From Dehalococcoidia bacterium (GTDB taxonomy: Bacteria; Chloroflexota; Dehalococcoidia; Plut-88900): a DNA stretch of 64,000 bases. This document shows positions 18,071-28,945 of the stretch, one piece after another (positions within the stretch are counted from its first letter, which is position 1; each line of letters begins with the position of its first letter). The notes under the pieces were generated by a model. That model was not told the DNA's origin and searched no databases. It saw only the letters and a list, made by a program, of their open reading frames with translations. Location: positions 456,345 through 520,344 of the forward strand of contig OY764147.1 in assembly GCA_963668115.1 (NCBI GenBank). The letters run 5' to 3'. Position numbers and translations under genes: made by a program.

Positions 18071-18922
18071 TTGGAACAGACGGACTTCCATAACCGGGCC
18101 ACGAGGTTTAATAAGCAGTTGAGCCGTTTATCCGATACGTTCGAGCGTGCCAGGGAAGATGGAAGGCCGGTAATTGCGACATTCCTCACTGTCGGGTATC
18201 CGGAAAGAAGCAGCACGGGCGCGCTGATCGGGGCGATGGTGGATGGAGGAGTCGACATTATCGAACTGGGGGCTCCTTTCAGCGACCCCCTGGCGGAGGG
18301 GCCGACGATCCAGAAGTCCAGCCAGATAGCGCTGGACCAGAACGTAACGCTTTCCGACTGCCTTGACTGCTCCAGAGAAACTCGGGCCCGATTCCCGGAA
18401 ACGCCGATTGTGGTTATGGGGTATTACAATCCGGTGCTCAGCTACGGGTTGGAACGGTTCGCGCGGGATGCGGGAGAGTCGGGAGTAGATGGGCTGATCG
18501 TGGTGGACCTGCCTTTGGAGGAGGCCGGGCCTCTGCAAAGGGCGCTCGGGGCGCGGGGCATCGACTTGATATTCCTGCTGGCGCCGACGAGCACGGTGGA
18601 ACGGATAAGAGGGGTGGCCCAAACAGGGAGCGGTTTCATATATTGCGTGAGCGTGACAGGGGTCACGGGAGCGAGGCGAGACCTGAGGGGTGATCTCTCA
18701 GAGTTTTTGGACAGGGTAAAGGCGGAGACAGATCTCCCACTGATAGTCGGGTTCGGGATATCGAAGAAGGAGCACGTAGACAGGGCATTTACGATGGCGG
18801 ACGGTGTCGCAGTGGGGAGCGCCCTGATAAACTTGATCGAGCAGTCGGAGGTCGGGTCACGGGAGGAGAAGGTGAGGGAGTTCGTGCGCGGGCTTCGTGG
18901 CTGCGTAGAGGCAGTGATTTAG
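18071..18922 (+). CDS. trpA: Tryptophan synthase alpha chain
   Basis: FLTVGYP, GVDIIELGAPFSDPLAEGPTIQ and GFGIS motifs. Exact start is uncertain; both candidates are TTG. Confidence 0.85.
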   Translation: MEQTDFHNRATRFNKQLSRLSDTFERAREDGRPVIATFLTVGYPERSSTGALIGAMVDGGVDIIELGAPFSDPLAEGPTIQKSSQIALDQNVTLSDCLDCSRETRARFPETPIVVMGYYNPVLSYGLERFARDAGESGVDGLIVVDLPLEEAGPLQRALGARGIDLIFLLAPTSTVERIRGVAQTGSGFIYCVSVTGVTGARRDLRGDLSEFLDRVKAETDLPLIVGFGISKKEHVDRAFTMADGVAVGSALINLIEQSEVGSREEKVREFVRGLRGCVEAVI

Positions 18923-18935
18923 GAGTTAACGCGTT

Positions 18936-19328
18936 TTGTGGTGTAGAGGAATAAGAGGAGCGACAATCGCGGAAGAGAATACCGAGGAGGCAATTCTCGA
19001 GGCTACAACGGAGCTATTGGAACACCTGATAAAGGCTAACGACATACAGCCGGAGAACATAGCCGCGGCAACGTTCACCACGACTGTCGACCTGAATGCT
19101 GAGTATCCGGCAGTGGCGGCCCGACACCTGGGGTGGGTAGACAATGCGTTGCTCTGCGGCCATGAGATGAACGTACCCAAAGGTTTGAAGAAGGTGATCC
19201 GGGTGCTGGTGCTAGTGAATACAGACAAGGAATTAAAGGACATAAGGCACGTATACATGAAGGAGGCCAGACAACTTAGGCCAGGCTTTGCGGGGTCTGC
19301 GTACATAGAAAACGCAGAAAGCGCCTAG
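18936..19328 (+). CDS. aroH: AroH-class chorismate mutase
   Basis: RGIRGATIAEENTEEAIL.. matches the Bacillus AroH N-terminus. About 130 aa. Confidence 0.75.
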   Translation: MWCRGIRGATIAEENTEEAILEATTELLEHLIKANDIQPENIAAATFTTTVDLNAEYPAVAARHLGWVDNALLCGHEMNVPKGLKKVIRVLVLVNTDKELKDIRHVYMKEARQLRPGFAGSAYIENAESA

Positions 19329-19352
19329 CCGGCCCAGGTCCGGGAGAGTCAG

Positions 19353-20369
19353 ATGATAGTGGTCATGAATGCAAACTGCTCGGAAGAGAACATCGATGCC
19401 GTGAAGAACCGGCTTACGACGCTGGGGCTTGCGGCGCACCTGTCCCGGGGCGAGGACAGGGTAATAGTGGGGGTGGTGGGGAAGACTTATCCCGACCTGA
19501 AGTCCAACCTGGAATATATGGAAGGTGTAATTGAGGTAGTAACGGTTTCGAGTCCCTTCAAGCTGCCGAGCCGGGACTTCCACCCGGAGGACACGGTGAT
19601 AAGGGTCGGGGACGTGGAGATCGGGGGTGAAGAGCCGGTGGTGATGGCCGGGCCCTGCGCCGTGGAGAGCTGGGACCAGCTGCTGGAGACGGCGCTGGGT
19701 GTGAAAGACGCCGGTGCAAACGTGTTGAGGGGAGGGGCGTACAAGCCTCGGACGTCGCCGTACAGCTTCCGGGGGCTGGGGGAGGCGGGGCTGGAGATGC
19801 TGGCCCGGGCGCGGGAGGAGACGGGGATGCCGGTCATTACAGAGGTGATGACCACGACCGACGTTGAGATCGTGGCGCAGTATGCGGACATACTGCAAAT
19901 AGGGGCGCGGAACATGCAGAACTTCAACCTGCTGGACGAGGTCGGGAAGTGCAACAGGGCGGTGATGCTGAAGCGAGGCCTTTCGGCGACGATCGAGGAG
20001 TGGCTGCTGGCCGCGGAGTACATCCTGGCACAGGGCAACCCCGACGTGATGCTGTGCGAGCGGGGCATCAGGACTTTCGAGAAGTACACGCGGAATACGC
20101 TGGACCTGAGTGCGATCCCGGTTATCAAAAGGCTGAGCCACCTGCCGATAATCGCTGATCCGAGCCATGCGACGGGGAAGTGGTACCTGGTGACGCCGAT
20201 GGCGCTGGCGGCGGCGGCGGCTGGGGCGGACGGGCTGATGGTTGAGGTGCACCCCAGGCCGGAGGAGGCGCTCTGCGACGGGGCGCAGGCCCTGCGGCTG
20301 GACAACTTTGCGCTGATGATGGATCGCATGAAGGCGATCACCAGGCCATTGCAGGGCGTGTATACGTAG
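19353..20369 (+). CDS. aroF: 3-deoxy-7-phosphoheptulonate (DAHP) synthase, type I-beta with N-terminal regulatory domain
   Basis: 338-aa ORF with a KDO8P/DAHP synthase I-beta core (…GPCAVES…ADPSHA…) and a ~70-aa N-terminal ferredoxin-like extension. Confidence 0.85.
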   Translation: MIVVMNANCSEENIDAVKNRLTTLGLAAHLSRGEDRVIVGVVGKTYPDLKSNLEYMEGVIEVVTVSSPFKLPSRDFHPEDTVIRVGDVEIGGEEPVVMAGPCAVESWDQLLETALGVKDAGANVLRGGAYKPRTSPYSFRGLGEAGLEMLARAREETGMPVITEVMTTTDVEIVAQYADILQIGARNMQNFNLLDEVGKCNRAVMLKRGLSATIEEWLLAAEYILAQGNPDVMLCERGIRTFEKYTRNTLDLSAIPVIKRLSHLPIIADPSHATGKWYLVTPMALAAAAAGADGLMVEVHPRPEEALCDGAQALRLDNFALMMDRMKAITRPLQGVYT

Positions 20370-20568
20370 CCGCTCGGGGGTGAGATGAGAGTCCTGGGGG
20401 CGATGGCGGTCGGTCTCGCGCTGATATTGAGTGCGTGCGGGGGGTCGGGAGAGCCGGCGCCGGATGTCGGGGCGGAGGTGTAGATGCCACGGTAGACCTT
20501 TTGCCAATCACGGCTAAAAACCGTGGGTGAGGCAATGCAATGCTCGGGCTCCACGGCGTCGTGTTCTC

Positions 20569-20598
20569 TTGACCCTTTGAAAAGTGGGTGGCTATAAT
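20569..20598 (+). promoter_or_regulatory. Sigma-70-like promoter (TTGACC-18 nt-TATAAT) upstream of the desulforedoxin-like pair
   Basis: TTGACC at 20569-20574 and TATAAT at 20593-20598, read directly from the sequence. Confidence 0.45.
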
Positions 20599-20659
20599 TG
20601 CCGGAAATCTCGTTGGGCGCGGGCTAGGGGCCCGGGCCTGATTTTCCAAGAGGCGCTAC

Positions 20660-20779
20660 GTGGCAAATCAGACTGGTAAGCGGTACAAATGCGATAGCTG
20701 TGGGTCGGAGTTCATAGTGACCCGGGGCGGGAACGGCTCGATCTCGTGCTGCGGGAACGAGATGGGTTTGAAGAAGTAG
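20660..20779 (+). CDS. Desulforedoxin-like (rubredoxin-type FeCys4) mini-protein, 39 aa
   Basis: VANQTGKRYKCDSCGSEFIVTRGGNGSISCCGNEMGLKK aligns motif-for-motif with D. gigas desulforedoxin (..YKCELCGQVVKV..GGGTLVCCGEDM..). GTG start with AAGAGG RBS. Below the ORF-track size cut-off. Confidence 0.6.
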   Translation: MANQTGKRYKCDSCGSEFIVTRGGNGSISCCGNEMGLKK

Positions 20780-20835
20780 GGGTCGGGGCCCGGGTGGGAC
20801 GACTCATTACAACATGACGGAGAGGACTTAGCGGA

Positions 20836-20979
20836 ATGCCAAACTTGCTGGGCAAACGATTCGTGTGTGAGAACTGCGGGAGCCAGGTGCTGTGCACGAA
20901 GGCGGGGGAAGGCGCAGTGCATTGCTGCAGCCAGGAGATGACGTTGCAGCAGCCCAAGCCTCTTCCCTCGGCGGACTAG
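20836..20979 (+). CDS. Desulforedoxin-like mini-protein paralog, 47 aa
   Basis: MPNLLGKRFVCENCGSQVLCTKAGEGAVHCCSQEM.. has the same CxxC..CC spacing. GGAGAGGA RBS. Confidence 0.55.
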   Translation: MPNLLGKRFVCENCGSQVLCTKAGEGAVHCCSQEMTLQQPKPLPSAD

Positions 20980-21054
20980 GCTCTTCTTTTAATTCTTTCA
21001 GGTCTGCTCGCCAGACGCGTGAGCGCGCCCACGTCAGATTATCCTGTGCCGTTG

Positions 21055-21125
21055 TGGGATGACGGATAGGGGGGTGGAGGGCGAGCAGGCATTGCAGGCT
21101 CCTCGCGGAGCCTCGGAATGGCTGG
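21055..21125. repeat. Intergenic repeat copy R6 (GGGATGACGGATAGGGGGGTGG plus module C ATTGCAGGCTCCTCGCGGAGCCTCGGAATGG)
   Basis: Module C is near-identical to 6521-6551 and contains the hairpin GGCTCC-tcgc-GGAGCC. Confidence 0.55.
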
Positions 21126-21266
21126 TAGCAGCCATCACCTCAACCCTCCGCCACCCCTTCGGTCATATACCTCGACAAGCTCAGGACAAGCTTCGCTAGC
21201 TTCAGCCCAAGCGGCCCGTCCACCCAGAGGACAGGTTATGTGAAAGTCCCGTGAAGGAAGGGTGGG

Positions 21267-21899
21267 TCAGGACAGTTTGCGGATGACTCCTATGACCCGG
21301 CCTTTGACGGATAGGTTGGAGGGGTCCACGTATATGGGATCCATCTGGGAGTTGGCGGGCTGGAGCCTTATCTTGTCCTGCTCGTGGTAGAGGCGTTTAA
21401 GGGTTACCTCTTCCTCGGATTCGAGCCAGGCGGCGACCATGTCACCATCGTCGGCGGTGGTGGAGTGCTGGAGGAGGACGATGTCCCCGTCGTCGATTAG
21501 TGCGTCGATCATGGAAGTACCCTTGACCTTAAGGGCGTAGACGTTTTCGCGTCCGCTGATGAGGTCTTCGGGGACGTCCAGGGTCTCGAGGGAGTCCCAG
21601 GGCTCGGCGGTGGGGACTGGGAGGGGTTCGCCGGCGGCGATGGCGCCGAGGAGGGGGGCCTTGAAGGCCTTGGCCTCCTTGCGGTCGTAGCCGATAACCT
21701 CTATGCCCCGCGACACGCCGGAATCCCGGCGGATGTAGCCCTCCCGTTCCAGGGCCTTGAGATGGTAGTCGGCTACCGAAGTTGAACTCATGCTACACAT
21801 CTGCACCACGTCGCGGACGCTGGGCGGGTACTTGTGACGGTCCATGAAATCGATAACGGCATCTAGAACTTGTTTGCGTCTTTTAGACAGCGGTCTCAT
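21267..21899 (-). CDS. lexA: LexA repressor
   Basis: N-terminal wHTH plus C-terminal S24 peptidase (…KVKGTSMIDA… Ser/Lys dyad). 210 aa. Confidence 0.9.
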   Translation of the reverse strand: MRPLSKRRKQVLDAVIDFMDRHKYPPSVRDVVQMCSMSSTSVADYHLKALEREGYIRRDSGVSRGIEVIGYDRKEAKAFKAPLLGAIAAGEPLPVPTAEPWDSLETLDVPEDLISGRENVYALKVKGTSMIDALIDDGDIVLLQHSTTADDGDMVAAWLESEEEVTLKRLYHEQDKIRLQPANSQMDPIYVDPSNLSVKGRVIGVIRKLS

Positions 21900-21915
21900 C
21901 GAGCACCTCTTTTCT

Positions 21916-21929
21916 GAACTGGGGTTCTA
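21916..21929. promoter_or_regulatory. LexA (Cheo-type SOS) box TGAACTGGGGTTCT
   Basis: GAAC-N4-GTTC palindrome 17 nt upstream of the lexA start, matching CGAACRNRYGTTYC. Confidence 0.6.
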
Positions 21930-22066
21930 TCACATATTAACCGAGTATCAAGGATGTGTCAAGGGGGGCAGCGGAGATTGCGCGTAGAGCGCTTCGGGGA
22001 GCGTGCTGACGTAGAACGGCAAGGATGACCGGGGATGATGCGCCAGGTCCCGGTGAAGGCGAACAG

Positions 22067-22738
22067 CTAGGAGGTCTGTGTTTCGGAGGAGGCCTCGGCG
22101 GCTGCCTCTTCTGTCGGGGCTTCGGCATCGGCTTCTGCGGCAGTTCCCTCGGCCTCCTCGGCTGCGGCGTCAGCGGCGGATATACGGCCCTGGGCGGCGC
22201 GGACTACCATCTGGTCGGCGTCCGTAAGGACCTCGACACCTTCGGGGAGGACGAGGTCGCTGACGTGAATTGACTGGTCGACCTCAACCAGGACTGAAAT
22301 GTCGGCCTCCACGGAACTCGGGATGTCCATAGGCAGGCCCGACACCTGGATGGAAGCCAAGGTCTGGGAGATTACGGTTGAAGTCTTGGGAAGAGGCGAC
22401 TCACCGACCAGTATGACGGGCACCTCGGAGGTAATGGCGCGGGTGATGTCGACCTGCAGGAAGTCTACGTGAACGATCCGGTCGGTTACAGGGTGGCGTT
22501 GGACATTACGGATAACTGCGGGTCTCGGCTTCTTTTCGCCCTTCACGTTGACCGACAATACTGCGTTGCGGCCAGCCTGGACGAGGGCGTGCACGAGGTC
22601 GGCGGATTGAAGCTGAAGGGCGACGGAATCGAGGTTTCGGCCGTAAATGTTAGCGGGGGTTATACCCTCGCGGCGGAGGAATCGGGCCTTCTTGCCCAAG
22701 GCTTCACGAACATCTACGGCCAACTCTATGGTGTCCAT
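22067..22738 (-). CDS. rplY: 50S ribosomal protein L25 / general stress protein Ctc
   Basis: MDTIELAV..REALGKKARFLRREGITPANIYG N-terminus. Start moved to internal ATG 22736-22738. Acidic/Ala-rich tail. Confidence 0.85.
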   Translation of the reverse strand: MDTIELAVDVREALGKKARFLRREGITPANIYGRNLDSVALQLQSADLVHALVQAGRNAVLSVNVKGEKKPRPAVIRNVQRHPVTDRIVHVDFLQVDITRAITSEVPVILVGESPLPKTSTVISQTLASIQVSGLPMDIPSSVEADISVLVEVDQSIHVSDLVLPEGVEVLTDADQMVVRAAQGRISAADAAAEEAEGTAAEADAEAPTEEAAAEASSETQTS

Positions 22739-22877
22739 GGGACCGGTGTCTCCCGTATGTGATTTCCAGTTTTCGCGGGGCTGCAAAATTGAAGCCCGGC
22801 GCTAGCTATGTTATCATACATCGTCCTCAGGGAGAGAAGAAGGGAAACAGCCCGAGCCCCGCGGAGGAATTGTCTTA

Positions 22878-23696
22878 ATGGCAACACCGCTAGCATTCAA
22901 CAAGGAACAAGTCCAGAGGTACAGCAGGCACCTTATTCTGCCGCAGGTAGGCAGCAAGGGGCAAAGAAAGCTCCTGGAGTCCAAGGTGCTGCTGATCGGG
23001 GCGGGGGGGCTGGGTTCGCCGACGGCGCTCTACCTGGGAGCGGCGGGTGTCGGGACGCTGGGCATCGTCGACTTCGACGTAGTGGACCTGACCAATCTGC
23101 AGAGGCAGATCCTGCACCGAAACAGTGACGTGGGAAGGCCGAAGGTAGACTCGGCGACGGACACACTTAAGGGCATAAACCCGGACGTGAACGTGGTATC
23201 CCACCCAGTGAGGCTGAGCTCCGAGAACATCTTCGACATCATGGAAGACTACGACGTAATCGTAGACGGCACGGACAACTTCCCGACGCGTTACCTGGTG
23301 AACGATGCCTGCGTAATGAGCAAGAAGCCGAACGTTCACGGCAGCATATTCCTGTTCGAGGGTCAAGCCTCGGTGTTCACGCATGACAAGGGCTGCTACC
23401 GGTGCCTGTACCCGGACCCGCCGCCGCCCGGCATGGTGCCAAGCTGTGCAGAGGCGGGAGTTCTAGGGGTGCTCCCGGGGATAGTCGGGACTATCCAGGC
23501 AATTGAGACGATAAAGTTACTGCTAGGGCTTGGGGACTCGTTGGCGGGCAGGCTCCTGATTTTTGATGCGCTGGACATGGACTTCAGGCAGGTGAAGGTG
23601 CGTCGGGACACGGAGTGCCCAGTGTGCGGGGACAACCCGACGGTGACTGAGCTAATAGACTACGAAGCCTTCTGTGGCGTTCTGGCCCACGCTTGA
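22878..23696 (+). CDS. moeB: ThiF/MoeB-family E1-like adenylyltransferase (no rhodanese domain)
   Basis: Rossmann LLIGAGGLGSP motif and CxxC…CxxC zinc motif (CYRC…CPVC). 272 aa. Confidence 0.8.
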   Translation: MATPLAFNKEQVQRYSRHLILPQVGSKGQRKLLESKVLLIGAGGLGSPTALYLGAAGVGTLGIVDFDVVDLTNLQRQILHRNSDVGRPKVDSATDTLKGINPDVNVVSHPVRLSSENIFDIMEDYDVIVDGTDNFPTRYLVNDACVMSKKPNVHGSIFLFEGQASVFTHDKGCYRCLYPDPPPPGMVPSCAEAGVLGVLPGIVGTIQAIETIKLLLGLGDSLAGRLLIFDALDMDFRQVKVRRDTECPVCGDNPTVTELIDYEAFCGVLAHA

Positions 23697-23946
23697 TAAT
23701 CAGAGACGCAGAAAGAAATGGAACTGCCTTATACAGGGCGCCCTTCACATCCGGGGGGCGCCCTCTCTAATTTAAGGTCCGGTGGAGGGGTGGGAGGCGA
23801 GTGGGAGTGGTGAAAGGGCTACCCAGTTTGAAGGGTAGTCGGGGGAGGGGTCTCCAGAGATTACCCCGGAAAGTATGGATCTGAGGTTACCTTTGCTTAG
23901 ATAGGGAAAAAGGCTAGAGAACCAAAAGAGGATCAAAGGAGGCACA

Positions 23947-25392
23947 ATGGCGGCCAGCGGCGCAAAAGACATAATCAAGAGGCTAGCAGACGAAGAAATC
24001 GAGTTTGTGGACCTGAAGTTCACAGACCTGTTTGGGCGACTTCAGCACTTCTCGGTCCCGTCAGTCGAAGTAGATGAAGCGCTCTTTGAAGATGGAATGG
24101 GGTTTGACGGCTCCAGCATCAGGGGATTCCAGGCGATCAACGAAAGCGACATGTTGATCGTGCCCGACCCCTCGACGGGGTTTATCGACACGGTGTTCGA
24201 GCGGAAAACCCTGAGCCTGATCGGGGACATTCGGGACCCTGTTTTGGGCAACGAGTACTCTCGGGACCCGAGATACGTGGCGAAAAAGGCGGAAGCGTAC
24301 CTTACGAGCACGGGCATCGCCGACACCAGTGCGTGGGGCCCCGAGTTGGAGTTCTTCATCCTGGACGACATCCGGTACGACAACCAGACAAACGCAGCTT
24401 ACTACTACATAGACTCCAAGGAGGCGGTGTGGAATAGAGGGTCGGGCAAGGCCATGGGAGACAGGGGAAAGGACACTCCGAACCTGGGGCATAGGCCACC
24501 TGGGAAGATGGGGTATTCGCCGGCGCCGCCCTTGGACTCCATCACCGACATACGGAACGAAATAGCCATAGAGCTAATGGCGGCTGGGATCCGGGTGGAG
24601 ATGCACCACCACGAGGTTGCCACGGGCGGACAGAGCGAGATCAGCATAAGGTTCGACACCCTCAGGAACATGGGGGACAAGGCACTGCTGTACAAGTACA
24701 TCGCCAAGAACGTTGCCAAGCGACACGGCAAGTCCGTGACTTTCATGCCGAAGCCGATATTCGGGGACAACGGCTCGGGCATGCACGTGCACCAGAGCCT
24801 GAGGAAAGACGACACGAACCTTTTCTATGGCGACGGCTACGGTTCTACGAGCGAGATGTGCCGCCACTATATAGCCGGTCTGTTGAAGCATGGGCGCGCA
24901 CTGATGGCCTTCTGCGCACCCGGAACCAATTCCTACAAGCGGCTGGTGCCCGGGTACGAGGCCCCGGTAAACCTGATCTACTCACACCGGAACCGGAGCG
25001 CCTGCATCAGGATTCCGGCCTATTCGAATGCGCCGAATGCGGTGCGGGTAGAGTTCCGACCTCCGGACCCGTCCTCCAACCCATACCTGGCCTTTTCGGC
25101 GATGCTGATGGCGGGGCTGGATGGGATCCAGAACAAACTCGACCCCGGAGAACCGATGGACGTGGACCTCTACGAGCTTTCGGCGGAAGAGGCCAAGGAC
25201 ATTCCCCAGGTGCCGGGAAGTCTGGACGAATCCCTGAATGCATTGAAGGAAGACCACGAATTCCTTCTGAAGGGGGACGTGTTCACGCCGGACCTGATAG
25301 ATACCTGGATAGAGTACAAGCAGCTCAACGAAGCAGACCCTGTGAGGATGAGGCCGCATCCGTACGAGTACGCACTGTACTACCACACCTAG
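23947..25392 (+). CDS. glnA: Glutamine synthetase, type I
   Basis: 481-aa GSI with AAGGAGG RBS. The C-terminus carries the DLYEL adenylylation-loop Tyr. Confidence 0.95.
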   Translation: MAASGAKDIIKRLADEEIEFVDLKFTDLFGRLQHFSVPSVEVDEALFEDGMGFDGSSIRGFQAINESDMLIVPDPSTGFIDTVFERKTLSLIGDIRDPVLGNEYSRDPRYVAKKAEAYLTSTGIADTSAWGPELEFFILDDIRYDNQTNAAYYYIDSKEAVWNRGSGKAMGDRGKDTPNLGHRPPGKMGYSPAPPLDSITDIRNEIAIELMAAGIRVEMHHHEVATGGQSEISIRFDTLRNMGDKALLYKYIAKNVAKRHGKSVTFMPKPIFGDNGSGMHVHQSLRKDDTNLFYGDGYGSTSEMCRHYIAGLLKHGRALMAFCAPGTNSYKRLVPGYEAPVNLIYSHRNRSACIRIPAYSNAPNAVRVEFRPPDPSSNPYLAFSAMLMAGLDGIQNKLDPGEPMDVDLYELSAEEAKDIPQVPGSLDESLNALKEDHEFLLKGDVFTPDLIDTWIEYKQLNEADPVRMRPHPYEYALYYHT

Positions 25393-25404
25393 GAAGAGAA
25401 GTAG

Positions 25405-25445
25405 AAACGGCGGCCTGCGCACCCCGCAGGCCGCCGTTTCGCGTA
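25405..25445 (+). terminator. Rho-independent terminator of glnA
   Basis: Perfect 15-bp stem AAACGGCGGCCTGCG-caccc-CGCAGGCCGCCGTTT followed by T-rich sequence. Confidence 0.75.
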
Positions 25446-25463
25446 AAACAGGGAGGACTAAAG

Positions 25464-26240
25464 ATGATAGAGAAGCTGTTTGACCTTACGGATCGCGTGG
25501 CGATAGTGACGGGGGCGTCGTCGGGGTTTGGGGTTGTGTTTGCACATGCGCTGGCGGAGGCGGGGGCCGACGTGGTTGTGGCGGCGAGACGGAGGGAACG
25601 GCTGGAGCAGACGGCGGAAGGGGTGCGTGAGCGGGGGCGTAGGTGCCTGGTGATGCAGACCGACATATCGCAGGAGGACCAGGTGGATGACCTGGTGGCC
25701 AAGACGATGGAGGAGTTCGGGAGGATAGACATAGTAGTGAACAACGCGGCGCGGGGCGGGATGGCGATGTGGACGGAGACGACGACACTGGAGGAGTACC
25801 GGACGATCCTGGACACCAACCTGATAGGCGTATTCATGCTGACGCAGAAGGCGGGTCGGGTGATGCTGGAGCGGGGTTGGGGACGAGTAATCAACATCTC
25901 GTCGGTGGAAGGGGTGCAGGCAGCGCCGGAGAATGACCCGAGCCTTGGATATTGCACGGCCAAACACGGGATGGCGGGGCTGACGCGGGAGACAGCCAAG
26001 CAGTGGGCAAAGCGTGGCGTGACGGTCAACCAGATTGGGCCTGGGTTCTTCCACACGGAGCTAACGGACCGGTTCCTGAGTGTACCGGAGGTGAAGGCAG
26101 AACTCTCCGCGCTTTCGCCGATGAACAGGGTCGGGCAGCCGGAGGAGCTGGTGGGGCTGCTGCTACTTCTGGCGTCGGAGAACTCCAGCTACATCACTGG
26201 GCAGACGATCATGGTGGATGGAGGGTGGAGTATCTGGTAG
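25464..26240 (+). CDS. SDR-family NAD(P)-dependent oxidoreductase
   Basis: TGASSGFG glycine motif with NNAARGG and YCTAK catalytic motifs. GGGAGGA RBS. The tracked 460-aa ORF is an upstream extension artefact. Confidence 0.85.
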   Translation: MIEKLFDLTDRVAIVTGASSGFGVVFAHALAEAGADVVVAARRRERLEQTAEGVRERGRRCLVMQTDISQEDQVDDLVAKTMEEFGRIDIVVNNAARGGMAMWTETTTLEEYRTILDTNLIGVFMLTQKAGRVMLERGWGRVINISSVEGVQAAPENDPSLGYCTAKHGMAGLTRETAKQWAKRGVTVNQIGPGFFHTELTDRFLSVPEVKAELSALSPMNRVGQPEELVGLLLLLASENSSYITGQTIMVDGGWSIW

Positions 26241-26332
26241 GGGCACCCGCTTAGTTGTAGCGGGACATGGCTGAGTCCAGTCCTGAGGTTAGGATGCAGG
26301 CTATGGCGTCGGATACGGTGGCAACTGCGCTG

Positions 26333-26884
26333 TCAATAGTCTCCTGTTCTTCGTTGGAGAAGGGGCCGAGTACACGGGCGATGCCCGAGTACACGGGCGA
26401 TGGCGCCGGTCCGGCCGGTGGGGTCTCTGCCGATGCCTACCCTGATGCGGGGTATTTCCTCGGTGCCGAGGGCGCGGATAATGGACTTGATGCCGTTGTG
26501 GCCTCCGGCGCTGCCCTTGATGCGAATGCGGACCACGCCGAGTGGCAGGTCCATGTCGTCGTAGATGATGAGGAGTTTATCCTCCGGGACATGCCAGCGG
26601 GAGGTGATGTAGTGGATGGCCTCGCCGCTGAGGTTCATGAAGGTGCGGGGCTTGCCGAGGAGGACTCGATGGGCTTTCCCTTCAATGTTTACCCGACCCT
26701 CGGCCCATTTGAGCGGGCCACGTCGGCCGTCCCATTTCAAGCCGTGGTCGGCGGCGAACTTGTCTGCGCATTCGAAGCCGACGTTATGCCGGGTGCCGAC
26801 GTACTCGGGGCCGGGATTGCCGAGGCCGACTACGACGAGGTCAAAGGGGTTGGAGGTCCACTGTTTTCTCTTGAAGGGCCACAT
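26333..26884 (-). CDS. pth: Peptidyl-tRNA hydrolase with a frameshifted C-terminus (19-bp tandem duplication)
   Basis: GLGNPG, HN(V)G and GGHNGIKS motifs. The reading frame derails at a direct duplication at 26365-26402. Removing one copy restores a canonical C-terminus ending ..AMSRYN* at 26251. Confidence 0.85.
   Translation of the reverse strand: MWPFKRKQWTSNPFDLVVVGLGNPGPEYVGTRHNVGFECADKFAADHGLKWDGRRGPLKWAEGRVNIEGKAHRVLLGKPRTFMNLSGEAIHYITSRWHVPEDKLLIIYDDMDLPLGVVRIRIKGSAGGHNGIKSIIRALGTEEIPRIRVGIGRDPTGRTGAIARVLGHRPCTRPLLQRRTGDY
26365..26402. repeat. 19-bp perfect tandem duplication (NCCGAGTACACGGGCGATG x2) inside pth
   Basis: Read directly. 19 nt is not a multiple of 3, so it causes a +1 frameshift. 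Confidence 0.9.

Positions 26885-28945
<2,061 letters not shown>

Noticed and set aside
20385-20483. 32-codon ORF with lipoprotein-like signal (MRVLGAMAVGLALILSACGG…)
   Set aside because: Too short with no mature domain. Possibly a remnant. No support beyond the lipobox-like motif.
19233-20554. 424- and 355-aa minus-strand ORFs
   Set aside because: Antisense to the well-supported DAHP synthase gene. Arg/Pro-rich translations.
23697-23946. Possible glutamine riboswitch or leader upstream of glnA
   Set aside because: Did not find the glnA-RNA consensus. The hairpin at 23735-23764 looks like the terminator of the upstream moeB gene. Left unannotated.
24858-26240. 460-aa ORF spanning the glnA 3' end and the SDR gene
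   Set aside because: The upstream 200 aa are out-of-frame read-through of glnA and its terminator. The SDR motif TGASSGFG begins right after ATG 25464 with its own RBS.
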